The position numbers and the translations under genes are program-made. 64,000 bases of DNA from Gammaproteobacteria bacterium. GTDB taxonomy: Bacteria > Pseudomonadota > Gammaproteobacteria > JAJFKG01. The stretch's first letter is position 1. Each line of letters begins with the position of its first letter. Positions 1 to 9,766 of the stretch are shown piece by piece. The stretch is from the NCBI GenBank assembly GCA_021773335.1, contig JAJFKG010000051.1, positions 133,985 to 197,984 on the forward strand, given 5' to 3'. The notes below the pieces were generated by a model. The model searched no databases and was not told the DNA's origin. It worked only from the letters and a program-made list of their open reading frames with translations.

Positions 1-326
1 AAGGTTTGCGTAGCGAACTATATACAATCCGCATGAATTACATTGCGGCCTGTGTGTTGCTAGTGAGTACGTTCGTGGCTTATTTGGGTTGGAAGTGGCT
101 TTATGATTTGGTCCCATTAATGTTGGTGCCATTTTTTGCTGCCGGTATTAGCTTAGTTCACAATATTGTTTCAAAAAGTAAAATGTGGTTATTTTTACTG
201 ATTGTTTTTTATGGCGGCTTAATAATTTTGTCCCCTTATTCTCTAGGGGTATTATTAGTAGCCGCATTGGTTGATAGTTTTTTCGATTTGCGTCGTCGTT
301 ACGGCGTAATACCAAGAGGGGTTTGA
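1..326 (+). CDS. DUF2232/YybS-like membrane protein, C-terminal part (truncated at window start)
   Basis: Hydrophobic multi-TM sequence ending [12 protein letters not shown]; directly upstream of rplI, the usual position of this family. Confidence 0.7.
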   Translation, partial: GLRSELYTIRMNYIAACVLLVSTFVAYLGWKWLYDLVPLMLVPFFAAGISLVHNIVSKSKMWLFLLIVFYGGLIILSPYSLGVLLVAALVDSFFDLRRRYGVIPRGV

Positions 327-327
327 G

Positions 328-783
328 ATGGACGTAATCTTATTAGAAAATATTCATAATGTAGGTAAGTTAGGCGACCAAGTTGCAGTTAAGCCTGGGT
401 TTGCACGTAATTTTTTGTTGCCGCAAGGTAAAGCAGTCAATGCAACGCCTGAGAATGTTAAAAAGTTTGAAGCGCGTCGCGCTGAGTTAGAAAAAGCGGC
501 TGCGGAACTTTTACACGCTGCACAAAAACGTGCAGATGAAATTGCTAAAGTGGTGTTGAAAATTCCTGCACAAGCTGGTGAAGAAGGTAAGTTGTTTGGT
601 TCAATCGGTACGCGTGATTTAGCTGAAGCGATTACGGCTGCAGGTGCTGCGGTTGAAAAGAGTGAAGTCTTATTACCAGAAGGTCCGCTGCGTCGCTTAG
701 GTGAGTACGATATCGCGTTGCAAGTGCATAGCGATATTACCACGACGGTTAAGGTACACATTGTTTCTGACGAAGAAGCTTAA
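328..783 (+). CDS. rplI: 50S ribosomal protein L9
   Basis: MDVILLE...[21 protein letters not shown] and GKLFGSI signatures. Confidence 0.99.
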   Translation: MDVILLENIHNVGKLGDQVAVKPGFARNFLLPQGKAVNATPENVKKFEARRAELEKAAAELLHAAQKRADEIAKVVLKIPAQAGEEGKLFGSIGTRDLAEAITAAGAAVEKSEVLLPEGPLRRLGEYDIALQVHSDITTTVKVHIVSDEEA

Positions 784-809
784 TCACACCATACACATGG
801 AAGGTCATC

Positions 810-2213
810 ATGGCGGAAACACTGACAGCTAGCAATGCACCACGACAAACCAAAAGTGCCGCTGGTATTAAGGTTCCGCCACATTCTATCGAAGCCGAAC
901 AATCTCTATTAGGCGGAGTGATGATCGATCCACAGGCATGGGATCGTGTCTCCGACCGTGTGCAAGAGAGTGATTTCTATCGCGCTAATCATCGCACTAT
1001 TTTCCGTGCAATCACTAGTTTGGTTGCTAAAAACCGCCCACTAGATGTGTTAACGGTCTCCGATGCTCTGAAAGGCGTCGATGATTTAGATAATGCAGGG
1101 GGTGAAGTTTACCTCTTTGAGCTCGCCAAAAATATCCCGACTGCCGCCAATATTACTGCTTATGCTGATATCGTGCGTGAGCGTTCGATATTGCGACAAT
1201 TGATAGGGGTTGCTGGCGATATCAGTGAATTAGCATTCAATCCGCAAGGGCGTGAAGGCCATGAAGTCTTGGATGAAGCTGAACAAAAAGTCTTTGAAAT
1301 CGCTGAGCAAGGGCAGCGCAATGAGGGCCCGGTAGGGATCAAGTCCTTATTGACGAGCGCGATGGAGCGTATCGATACGTTGTATCATTCTGATGATCCA
1401 ATCACTGGTTTGCCGACAGGGTTTCGTGATTTTGATGAAATGACATCAGGTTTGCAAGCATCAGATTTGATTATTGTGGCCGGGCGTCCATCCATGGGTA
1501 AGACGGTTTTCGGGGTGAATATGGCTGAAAATGCGGCTATTCAAACCAACAAACCAGTTTTAATCTACAGTCTCGAAATGCCTGGCGATGCGATCGCGAT
1601 GCGGATGTTATCTTCACTGGGGCGCATCGATCAACACAAGTTACGCACCGGGAAATTACGCGATGAGGATTGGCCACGCTTGACTTCGGCATTGAGCCTA
1701 CTTGCTGACAAACATATCTATATCGATGATACACCGGGACTGACTCCAGGTGAAATGCGCTCCCGCGCGCGACGTTTGGCGCGTGAACATGGACAATTAG
1801 GCTTGATCGTTGTGGATTATCTACAATTAATGCGTGTGCCAGGCCACAGTGAAAATCGCGCTGTAGAAATTTCAGAAATTTCGCGCTCTTTGAAGATGCT
1901 TGCCAAAGAATTAAAAGTCCCTGTGATTGCCCTATCACAGTTAAATCGTAGCTTAGAGTCACGTACCGACCGCCGTCCGGTGATGTCAGATTTGCGTGAG
2001 TCTGGTGCGATCGAGCAAGATGCGGATGTGATTGCGTTTATCTATCGCGATGAAGTCTATAATGACGATACCCCCGATAAAGGCATTGCTGAAATTATTA
2101 TTGGTAAGCAACGTAATGGTCCAATCGGTAAAATACGTCTGGCGTTCTTTGGGCGTTATACGCGTTTTGATAATCTTTCGCGTGACGAAGGTTATGTGGG
2201 GATGGATGAATGA
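810..2213 (+). CDS. dnaB: Replicative DNA helicase
   Basis: PPHSIEAEQS, Walker A GRPSMGKT, VVDYLQLM, LRESGAIEQDAD; normal length, no intein. Confidence 0.99.
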   Translation: MAETLTASNAPRQTKSAAGIKVPPHSIEAEQSLLGGVMIDPQAWDRVSDRVQESDFYRANHRTIFRAITSLVAKNRPLDVLTVSDALKGVDDLDNAGGEVYLFELAKNIPTAANITAYADIVRERSILRQLIGVAGDISELAFNPQGREGHEVLDEAEQKVFEIAEQGQRNEGPVGIKSLLTSAMERIDTLYHSDDPITGLPTGFRDFDEMTSGLQASDLIIVAGRPSMGKTVFGVNMAENAAIQTNKPVLIYSLEMPGDAIAMRMLSSLGRIDQHKLRTGKLRDEDWPRLTSALSLLADKHIYIDDTPGLTPGEMRSRARRLAREHGQLGLIVVDYLQLMRVPGHSENRAVEISEISRSLKMLAKELKVPVIALSQLNRSLESRTDRRPVMSDLRESGAIEQDADVIAFIYRDEVYNDDTPDKGIAEIIIGKQRNGPIGKIRLAFFGRYTRFDNLSRDEGYVGMDE

Positions 2214-3292
2214 CCCGTCCTACACGTGCAACGCTTGATTTAAAAGCCCTAGTGCATAATGCCCAGCGTGTACGTGAATTTGCCCCCAACAGTAGACTCA
2301 TGGCGATGGTTAAAGCCAATGCCTACGGGCATGGAGCTGCGCCGATTTGCCAAACGTTACAAGCGTACTGTGATGGCTTTGGCGTGGCGTGTTTATCTGA
2401 AGCGATACAATTGCGTCAAACAGGTGTCACAAAACCGATTTTATTACTTGCGGGGTTTTTTTCACCACAAGACCTACAGTTGATTGCTGACAATGAATTA
2501 GAGCTTGTGATCCATCAGGCTCAACAAATAGACACTCTAGAAAAAACAAGTTTAGCTAAGCCATTACGTGTTTGGCTGAAAGTGGATACTGGCATGCACC
2601 GTTTAGGCTTTTCACCACAACAAGTACGGGATGCTTGGCAACGCCTACAAGCTTGCAGCAATATCCAAAACGACTTATGTTTGATGACGCATTTTTCTGA
2701 TGGTGGTGATCGCCAGGCAGTTAAAACTCAACAGCAATTAGAGACTTTTAAGGACGCAGTAGCAGAGCTAGGTGGTGAGCAGAGCTTAGCGCATTCAGCA
2801 GCAGTTATGAGCTTGCCTGCGAGTCATGGTGATTGGGTGCGTCCGGGCATTATGCTTTACGGCGTGTCGCCATTTAACGATAGCGTTGGTGAGCAAGAAG
2901 GCTTGCAACCCGTTATGACCTTGCATTCGCAATTGATGGCGATACATCAATTGCGCGCTGGTGATACGATTGGTTATGGTAGTACGTGGCAATGTCCCGA
3001 AGATATGGCGATTGGCGTCATCCCGGTTGGTTATGGTGATGGTTATCCTCGCCACGCCAAAGCCGGTACGCCAGTATTAATCAATGACCAGCGAGTGTCT
3101 TTGGTTGGACGCGTGTCTATGGATATGATCACGGTTGATCTGCGTCCACTGGCACAAGTTCAAGTCGGTGACCCCGTGGTTTTGTGGGGTAAGGGTTTGC
3201 CTGCCGAAGAGGTGGCAGCTCACGCTGATACTATCGCTTATGAATTATTCTGTCACGTCACCCAGCGAGTGGTATTTAATTACATTAAATAA
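2210..3292 (+). CDS. alr: Alanine racemase
   Basis: PLP-lysine motif AMVKANAYGHG, KVDTGMHRLG, GRVSMDM; ATGA overlap with dnaB. Confidence 0.98.
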   Translation: MTRPTRATLDLKALVHNAQRVREFAPNSRLMAMVKANAYGHGAAPICQTLQAYCDGFGVACLSEAIQLRQTGVTKPILLLAGFFSPQDLQLIADNELELVIHQAQQIDTLEKTSLAKPLRVWLKVDTGMHRLGFSPQQVRDAWQRLQACSNIQNDLCLMTHFSDGGDRQAVKTQQQLETFKDAVAELGGEQSLAHSAAVMSLPASHGDWVRPGIMLYGVSPFNDSVGEQEGLQPVMTLHSQLMAIHQLRAGDTIGYGSTWQCPEDMAIGVIPVGYGDGYPRHAKAGTPVLINDQRVSLVGRVSMDMITVDLRPLAQVQVGDPVVLWGKGLPAEEVAAHADTIAYELFCHVTQRVVFNYIK

Positions 3293-3298
3293 CGCCTT

Positions 3299-3799
3299 TT
3301 ATTGGCCTGGATTGCGATCAAGCTCTGCAGAGACTTCTTTTTTATAGCCGAATAAAAAACACACTTTTGCGATCAAGATGATCGGAATAGTAAGAATGTG
3401 AATAAAGTTTTGTTTCCAATTGGGGATACGGCCTTCGACGGCGTGACCTATTAACTGTAAAACGGCGCCAATGCCAAAAGTCACGAGAAAGATATACAAA
3501 CCGCGTAGAGTAGGGCCAGGTTCCGAAAAGAACCCCGCGAGTAAGGCGAGTAACACTAACAAGATAGCCATAATGCCTGCCAACTGCCAATCCAGCGTTA
3601 AGTAATAAGTTAACACGGCTGCGACAAGCAACCATGCCATGTTAAACCCAACGACATTAGGCACAGAGATAAAGACCCAGCTAAATGCCAAAAAGATCGC
3701 GAAGAATAATAATGGTACGCTGACAAAGTGGATATAACGTGCCAATGGTTTTCGATAGGTATGTTGGTAATCAATCATGTGTTTGGCGAGACGGCTCAT
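3299..3799 (-). CDS. DUF962/Mpo1-like membrane protein
   Basis: IHFVSVP and LQLIGHAVEGRIP motifs, several TM helices. Confidence 0.75.
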   Translation of the reverse strand: MSRLAKHMIDYQHTYRKPLARYIHFVSVPLLFFAIFLAFSWVFISVPNVVGFNMAWLLVAAVLTYYLTLDWQLAGIMAILLVLLALLAGFFSEPGPTLRGLYIFLVTFGIGAVLQLIGHAVEGRIPNWKQNFIHILTIPIILIAKVCFLFGYKKEVSAELDRNPGQ

Positions 3800-3820
3800 G
3801 AGGTATGTCCTTATATAATA

Positions 3821-4594
3821 TCAAGCAGTACCGCTAGGCACGGCGGGATATTGGTTTAAATGATAATGTTCAATCATCTTTTGAATAGTTTTCACATAGG
3901 CGTGACGGCGTTGTGAATAATGCTGTAAACCACCCGCCATAGCAATACCACTTAAGGGGCGTCCTTGGGTGCGCATCACCGCACGTACATTACGCAAATC
4001 ACGATACGCCTTGTGTGAATTCAGAATATGCATATAACTTTGAATGGATTGATCCGGTGTCGCAAAACGTCGCACCTCGAACGTTTGTCCTTTCTTGCGT
4101 TGTCTGGGGACAATACCACAGCCCGGTTTATAACACCATTGGCCAAAGTAATTATTGCCTTGCTTAGCAAAACGCGAGGTCCCCCAGCCTGATTCATTAG
4201 CCGCTTGTGCTAGCACCAGTGAAGTGGGCAGCACATCGACGCGTTTTAATAATTCATTCCATGTTTGAGCTTTATTAAAGTTTGGGTTATCCAAGTCATA
4301 GGACTTTGCTAATTTTGTTAGCCAAACGGTATTTTGGGTCGACAAATTTTCATCATCAAGAAATTCTTTGTGCAGACGTAATAACTGCTTACGCTGCTTC
4401 ATGACTTGTACATTGACTGCTTGAATGCGCGGGACTGCGAGTTTAATAAACTTTTGTTGCGCCGTTGTTAACTTAGGCGTTGACGACTTAGCATGGGTAG
4501 AGAAGCTAAATAAACACAAACTACTCACCACCAATACGGCGAGTAATGCACTCATGCATAAAGATACTGGATAAATTTTGTTTGCTTTAGTCAT
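3821..4594 (-). CDS. Bax-like glucosaminidase (GH73) domain protein
   Basis: LAQAANESGWGTSRFA...NNYFGQWC, LNSHKAY, YSQR motifs; N-terminal hydrophobic signal; ATG at 4594 preferred over TTG 4621. Confidence 0.85.
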   Translation of the reverse strand: MTKANKIYPVSLCMSALLAVLVVSSLCLFSFSTHAKSSTPKLTTAQQKFIKLAVPRIQAVNVQVMKQRKQLLRLHKEFLDDENLSTQNTVWLTKLAKSYDLDNPNFNKAQTWNELLKRVDVLPTSLVLAQAANESGWGTSRFAKQGNNYFGQWCYKPGCGIVPRQRKKGQTFEVRRFATPDQSIQSYMHILNSHKAYRDLRNVRAVMRTQGRPLSGIAMAGGLQHYSQRRHAYVKTIQKMIEHYHLNQYPAVPSGTA

Positions 4595-4858
4595 ATTTTT
4601 CCATCTCGGTTGTGGTGACAAAAATTTTTTTGTTGAAATGCAATTTTTTTGCCAATGGATTTTATCTTAAGTATTACTAGCTTAGGAAGAAAAATTCATT
4701 TCCGCCAGCGATAAAAAATTCATCTATGCATCAGGGGATCACAAATTTTCTGAATAAATTCAGATGCCTACTATACTTAACTTCAAGTGCAAAGAGAGTA
4801 TTTTACGAACGCCAATAAGCGTCTCGACCAAGAAATTAAAAATAAGAGGTTTAGAATC

Positions 4859-6475
4859 ATGGTAACAAAAGCAATAACAGATCGAGTAAGCCAAAAAGCA
4901 ACCGGGGCACGAGCCGCATTTAAAGCACAGTTACAAAAAGGCGCTAAGACTAGAGCTGAACAAACAAGGCCCTTTACTTTGGCGTTTACTGGCGGTCACG
5001 ACGAGCATGTCGGATCGGGTCACCCTATGGATACAGGTCCGCGTAGTCCTGCGAATATTAACCAATTTCCGGCTGGCTGTGATGCTGATGTAAAAAGTTT
5101 TAAAGGGGATGTGCATAGAACTGACACGAGAGTTTTAGATAAAGATGGTAAGGATTTAGTGGAAAAACCTGGCAAGGACGGTGAAATCCTTGATGAAAAA
5201 ACTGCACCCCAACAATCTGCCGACGCTATATTAAAAGCGCTAGAAACAAGCAAAGTTAATCCCTTGCTTAGATATTTTGTTGAAGGTTATGCTAGCCAAA
5301 AAGGTTTCGGCAGAATCTTTCAAGATGAAGCGATAGTTGCACACATGGCGCCACTACAGGTGCTTCCCGCCAATAAAGGTGCGAATCAATATACTTACCA
5401 GCTACTGGACAGTACTGAAGTGGCGAGGGAATATAGCGGTGCACAACAAGTCCTTGTATTTCAAGAACAGACAACGGCAATGTCATTAATGGATGTGAGT
5501 AGCCTTGGCGCGGAACCTACTAAAGCCCAGTCTGGTTATGCGTTTCGCGTCACAAATACACTGCATTTCTGTCTAGAGGAAGATGGCAGTATCACTACTC
5601 ACTTTAAAGGGGCGGCGATTACCAGTACAGATCCAGCTGCTAAAGAGATGCTGTATCAAGCCTTTGCTATGCGCGCTTATTCCAAAATCACTGATACCGG
5701 CGATTTGGAATTGGGATCACAGCTAGATGGCATTGACTTTAGAATGATAGCGATGAGTCTGGAGTTGCAAGCTGTGTTAAAGGCCATGAAGCCATTTGAA
5801 TTGGCTAAACTTATGTTTGATGGCACGCACGAAGCTGCACAATTTAGTTCAGAGCAAACACAGGTTTTGTTAAGTTTGGGTGTAGATATCAATCAGCTCA
5901 TGTCAGCGCGGCTTGCGTCACTTAACAAGGGTGAGATTGTTGAGTTTTTGTCTGAGTTATCAGACGATGCGTTCACGATGTTTTATGCAGGTGCACCACA
6001 AGCTAAACAGGCGGTGAATAATGCCAAAACTATTGATGTTTCAACGCTGACATCTGGCGCATTTAAGCGTACGGTTGAAGCTACTCAGGCGCATGAAAGA
6101 GAGCTGGGGGAATTAAAACCACCGCAATCACCCGATCCGATGGAGGCTGTACGAGCAGCTCCGGTTGAACCTGAAATAAGCTCAGTCGATCATTTTAGAG
6201 TGTTTACTGGGCCGAGTTTGGGCGGTGGATTCTATTATAAGGCGCCGCGTAGTGGTACTGAACGATCGATCTTGGCCGATGATGCAAACATGGGGCGAGC
6301 TACTCCAGTTAAGGCGGGGCGTAGTGGTAGCTGGTCACTATCAAGCTTATTTGGTTCTAGCAAAGCTCGTCGTAGCAGTGACGGAAACAGCACTAGCCGC
6401 ACTTCAACAAGTTGTGCTCAAGAGCATAAACCAGCTGACTTTGATTCGTCGTCGTTACCTGTTGCAAGTTGTTAG
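4859..6475 (+). CDS. Hypothetical orphan protein with Ser-rich C-terminal tail; candidate secreted effector
   Basis: Long uninterrupted ORF; GAGG RBS before ATG 4859; no recognised family. Confidence 0.7.
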   Translation: MVTKAITDRVSQKATGARAAFKAQLQKGAKTRAEQTRPFTLAFTGGHDEHVGSGHPMDTGPRSPANINQFPAGCDADVKSFKGDVHRTDTRVLDKDGKDLVEKPGKDGEILDEKTAPQQSADAILKALETSKVNPLLRYFVEGYASQKGFGRIFQDEAIVAHMAPLQVLPANKGANQYTYQLLDSTEVAREYSGAQQVLVFQEQTTAMSLMDVSSLGAEPTKAQSGYAFRVTNTLHFCLEEDGSITTHFKGAAITSTDPAAKEMLYQAFAMRAYSKITDTGDLELGSQLDGIDFRMIAMSLELQAVLKAMKPFELAKLMFDGTHEAAQFSSEQTQVLLSLGVDINQLMSARLASLNKGEIVEFLSELSDDAFTMFYAGAPQAKQAVNNAKTIDVSTLTSGAFKRTVEATQAHERELGELKPPQSPDPMEAVRAAPVEPEISSVDHFRVFTGPSLGGGFYYKAPRSGTERSILADDANMGRATPVKAGRSGSWSLSSLFGSSKARRSSDGNSTSRTSTSCAQEHKPADFDSSSLPVASC

Positions 6476-6479
6476 AATT

Positions 6480-6708
6480 GTAGCCTACTGTCTCTGCGTC
6501 AAGCCCAGATGTAGCCCGGATAAGTTGCGCAGCAACGTCATCCGGGATCAGCCATCGCAAACACCCTCCCCGGATGACGCGCGTGCCGCGCTTATCCGGG
6601 CTACGGCTTACGTATACAAATGCTAATGTAGACTTGATGCGCATGCAAGCGTGCTTATCAAGGCTACACAAGGGCCAAATTGTCCTTGACTGCGAGACAG
6701 TGGGCTAC
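6480..6708. repeat. Nested GTAG-type REP composite (BIME/REPIN-like), copy A
   Basis: Outer inverted arms 6480-6503/6685-6708; inner GTAGCCCGGATAAG...CTTATCCGGGCTAC pair 6511-6604; collapsed second pair 6628-6667. Confidence 0.9.
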
Positions 6709-6722
6709 AATGTTTATTCAAG

Positions 6723-7205
6723 CTACTGTGCTTCATGTTCCAACAACCACTCTTTAATTTGCAATGGCTTACCCGAAGTCTTGCCTGAAAATCCACCCAT
6801 ACCACTACTAGCGACAATGCGGTGACAAGGAATAATTAAAGGTACAGGATTTTGGCGACACGCATTACCGATGGCACGTGCACTGGTATTGAGCTGTTTG
6901 GCAAGTTGGCCGTAAGTTTTGACCTTGCCAGCGGGTATTTTTGTTAATGCTTTCCACACGCGTAATTGAAACGTGGTACCGGTGATTTCGGTGTCGATAT
7001 CAAAGGCTGTGTGTTGTTTATCGAAGTAAGCTTGTATTTTTTTGCACACACGTTTAACTGCCGGTGAGTTGGGAGCGTTAATTTTGTGTTGCTTAGCTAA
7101 AAAATCAATATGCGTAACCGCGTTATTTGCCTCATTAAGAATAATGCCAAGTTTGCCAATAGGGCTGTCGATAACTGCGTGGTAGTTACCAGCGTTTTTT
7201 TGCAT
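6723..7205 (-). CDS. ogt: Methylated-DNA-protein-cysteine methyltransferase
   Basis: GTTFQLRVW, TYGQLA, active-site IPCHRI; AAGGAG RBS before ATG 7205. Confidence 0.95.
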   Translation of the reverse strand: MQKNAGNYHAVIDSPIGKLGIILNEANNAVTHIDFLAKQHKINAPNSPAVKRVCKKIQAYFDKQHTAFDIDTEITGTTFQLRVWKALTKIPAGKVKTYGQLAKQLNTSARAIGNACRQNPVPLIIPCHRIVASSGMGGFSGKTSGKPLQIKEWLLEHEAQ

Positions 7206-7235
7206 GGGGAGCTCCTTTTTGCCACAAAAAAGTAG

Positions 7236-7352
7236 ACTGGTCCCCACCCACCAGGGTGGGGACCTTAAACTTAAGGACGCGGTGTGTTCTAGAGAACACT
7301 GGTCCCCACCCTCAGGGTGGGGACCTTAAATTCAAGGACGCTGTGCGTCCTT
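7236..7352 (+). repeat. Tandem duplication (62-bp period) of ACTGGTCCCCACCC..GGGTGGGGACCTTAA hairpin unit
   Basis: Copies start at 7236 and 7298, each followed by an AAGGACGC..GTGYGTYCT hairpin. Confidence 0.9.
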
Positions 7353-7453
7353 ATTTTACTTTTCCTTGCGTTCCGCCGCTGGAGTGGTGAGACGAGGTGT
7401 CACTTTTCTCAAGGTCATAGCTTAGCTCATTCTTTAGCTTATTGTCCATTCAC

Positions 7454-7479
7454 AAAAAAGGCACCATAAGGTGCCTTTT
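7454..7479 (-). terminator. Rho-independent terminator of the rpsP-rimM-trmD-rplS operon
   Basis: AAAAGGCACC/GGTGCCTTTT stem with U-tract on minus strand just after rplS stop. Confidence 0.85.
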
Positions 7480-7500
7480 GATTTTCGCTGAAAGCCGCGT

Positions 7501-7896
7501 TTATGCCTTGGCTTTAGCTTTGCCTTTACCTTTGCCTTTTTTACTGCTGAAAGATAATTTTTCTTTAATACGCGCTGCCTTACCAGTGCGGCCACGCAAG
7601 TAGTACAGTTTCGCGCGACGTACTTTACCACGACGTTTAACTTCAATGCCGGCAGTCAACGGGCTGTAGGTTTGGAAGACACGCTCAACACCTTCGCCGT
7701 GAGAAATCTTACGTACGGTGAATGCCGAGTTTAAGCCACGGTTACGTTTAGCAATGACCACACCTTCAAAGGCCTGGATACGTTCACGATTCCCTTCTTT
7801 AACGCGCACGCTGACGACCACGGTATCACCGGGAGCAAATGCAGGGACGTCTTTGCTCATTTGCTCTGTGTTTAGTTGTGCTATTATGTCACTCAT
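7501..7896 (-). CDS. rplS: 50S ribosomal protein L19
   Basis: [29 protein letters not shown]. Confidence 0.99.
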   Translation of the reverse strand: MSDIIAQLNTEQMSKDVPAFAPGDTVVVSVRVKEGNRERIQAFEGVVIAKRNRGLNSAFTVRKISHGEGVERVFQTYSPLTAGIEVKRRGKVRRAKLYYLRGRTGKAARIKEKLSFSSKKGKGKGKAKAKA

Positions 7897-7906
7897 ATTC
7901 CTCTCC

Positions 7907-8040
7907 TAAAAAAATAACTTCGTCTTTTGGTTCAGCTCTGCGTTGCTAGATTATTTTTAGTCGGTCATTTACCTTAAGTAAACTCCCTCCTAAAAACAAT
8001 CTAGCGCCTTGTTCTGAGTCAAAATACTCGTTATTTTATA
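7907..8040. repeat. ERIC-like long palindromic intergenic element
   Basis: About 130-bp imperfect hairpin; core GTCATTTAC-CTTAA-GTAAACTCC and flanking CTGCGTTG/CGCCTT resemble the ERIC core GTCACTTAC-TTAT-GTAAGCTCC. Confidence 0.75.
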
Positions 8041-8051
8041 TTTGCTTTGAC

Positions 8052-8795
8052 TCAGCTTCGTATTTCATGTTCGCGGATAAACTCCGCTAATAATTCTTGC
8101 TCTTCGTTACTCAAAGAGTGCTTGTCTAACAAGTCGGGGCGGCGTTGCCACGTACGTCCCAGTGCTTGTTTAAGGCGCCACCGGCGAATTGTCTCATGGT
8201 TACCTGTCAACAATTCGGCGGGAACCGCCATGCCATCAATTTCTTCTGGCCGCGTGTAATGCGGACAATCCAATAAGCCTTGCGCGAAAGAATCTTGCTG
8301 TGCCGATTCTTCGTGCCCTAAGGCACCTGGTAATAAACGCGTGATGGCATCAATCATCGTCATCACCGCCAATTCACCGCCGCTAATCACATAATCGCCT
8401 AGCGACCATTCTTCATCGATGTGACTTGTTATCAAGCGTTCATCGATACCCTCATAACGACCGGCGACAATAATCAAATTCTCACGCTGGGCCAATTCAC
8501 TTATGCCCGCTTGGTCTAAGGGTTTGCCTTGTGGCGACACATAGGCAACGCGTGTGCTGGGTGCGGCCTTTCGCTTAGCTGCGATAATCGTATCTCGCAG
8601 TGGTTGCACCATCATCACCATGCCAGGTCCACCACCGTAGGGGCGATCATCAACATTGCGATGTTTACTCGCGCTATAATCGCGTGGATTATAATAATCG
8701 AGCTGTAAAATACCTTGCTCGATAGCGCGCCCAGTAATGCTATGTTCTAAAGCGCTAAACATCTCCGGGAAGATGGTAATGATGCCAATGTTCAT
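8052..8795 (-). CDS. trmD: tRNA (guanine37-N1)-methyltransferase
   Basis: [39 protein letters not shown] 8795 overlaps rimM stop. Confidence 0.99.
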   Translation of the reverse strand: MNIGIITIFPEMFSALEHSITGRAIEQGILQLDYYNPRDYSASKHRNVDDRPYGGGPGMVMMVQPLRDTIIAAKRKAAPSTRVAYVSPQGKPLDQAGISELAQRENLIIVAGRYEGIDERLITSHIDEEWSLGDYVISGGELAVMTMIDAITRLLPGALGHEESAQQDSFAQGLLDCPHYTRPEEIDGMAVPAELLTGNHETIRRWRLKQALGRTWQRRPDLLDKHSLSNEEQELLAEFIREHEIRS

Positions 8796-9310
8796 CCCAA
8801 GGCTTCCCAATTAACACGCATGACCTTGTTTTCAAGGTCGATATCTATCACCACTTCACCGGGCAAATAAGGCAGCATGTGTTGCTTTTTGCCTTCTTTG
8901 ACGATTAACACGTCGTTGGCGCCGGTTTCGATGAGGCGGTCGACGGTGCCAAGGGTCTTGCCCTGTTGGTCGATTACCGTCAACCCTTCTAAATCTGCCC
9001 AGTAATACTCGCCGGGGTCGAGACTCGCCAATTGCTCACGTTCGATACCGATGTGGGCGTTGGTCAATGTTTTTGCTATTTCACGGTCATCATAACCATT
9101 GAAATGGGCGATAAAGCCGTCACCGTGCTGTTTGATGTCGCTGACCTCGATGGCTTGCCAGCGCCCGGCGACTTCGATTTGCCAGGGGGAGTAAGTGACG
9201 ATGTTATCTTTGGGGTCAGTAAAAGAATGAATCTTGAGCCAACCTTTTACCCCGTAGGGCGCCCCAACCTTGCCAATGACAAGCGGGGCAGCGTTATCGC
9301 CACCAGCCAT
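8792..9310 (-). CDS. rimM: Ribosome maturation factor RimM
   Basis: [25 protein letters not shown]; operon position. Confidence 0.98.
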   Translation of the reverse strand: MAGGDNAAPLVIGKVGAPYGVKGWLKIHSFTDPKDNIVTYSPWQIEVAGRWQAIEVSDIKQHGDGFIAHFNGYDDREIAKTLTNAHIGIEREQLASLDPGEYYWADLEGLTVIDQQGKTLGTVDRLIETGANDVLIVKEGKKQHMLPYLPGEVVIDIDLENKVMRVNWEALG

Positions 9311-9316
9311 ACGCAG

Positions 9317-9577
9317 CTATGCTGCTTGGCTTTGCGCCTTCTGCCATTCGCGCAGAATACGTTTTACGCGAGGAGAAGGTTGAGCGCCTAGGTCAATCCA
9401 ATGTTCAATACGTTCCATATTGAGGCGTACAGGTTCTTCACCGCCTGTCGCGATAGGATTGATAAAACCGAGTCGCTCGATATAACGACCGTCACGCTTG
9501 TTGCGTTTGTCGGTAGCTACAACGTGGTAAAAAGGGCGTTTTTTAGCGCCGCCACGGGTTAAACGAATCACAACCAT
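9317..9577 (-). CDS. rpsP: 30S ribosomal protein S16
   Basis: [17 protein letters not shown]...[11 protein letters not shown]; start at ATG 9577. Confidence 0.99.
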   Translation of the reverse strand: MVVIRLTRGGAKKRPFYHVVATDKRNKRDGRYIERLGFINPIATGGEEPVRLNMERIEHWIDLGAQPSPRVKRILREWQKAQSQAA

Positions 9578-9665
9578 TATAGAGGTCCTTATTTTGTCCA
9601 AAACTTATACATGCAAAGGGCGAGCATTTTATCTTATTTGGGGGTTGGGATCTAGTGGTTAAACT

Positions 9666-9746
9666 GCGGGTGGGTGCAGCAGCCTGGGGCTCTGCGTCCC
9701 ACCTCTTGGTGAGCTGGCCCCACCCCTCCTGGAGTGGGATCTTTAA
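9666..9746. repeat. Hairpin plus degenerate CTGGTCCCACC-family copy between ffh and rpsP
   Basis: GGTGGGTGCAG..CTGCGTCCCACC hairpin, then CTGGCCCCAC..GTGGGATCTTTAA at 9714-9746. Confidence 0.6.
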
Positions 9747-9766
9747 GTGTGATCTGGCCTTTCTTT

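Noticed and set aside
810..2213. Intein in DnaB (or NrdA)
   Set aside because: Normal lengths and continuous motifs
4688..4765. Repeated AAAAATTCA as a shared orphan-gene operator (also near 38786)
   Set aside because: Short, AT-rich and irregularly spaced; indistinguishable from chance by eye
6461..6475. CaaX prenylation motif on the orphan ending PVASC
   Set aside because: Cys is the last residue, not fourth from the end
6225..6825. Short ORFs across the REP cluster (also 17011-17239)
   Set aside because: Open frames through palindromic repeats with no protein features
7236..7352. CRISPR-like 62-bp periodicity
   Set aside because: Only two units, and the intervening sequence is itself duplicated rather than a unique spacer
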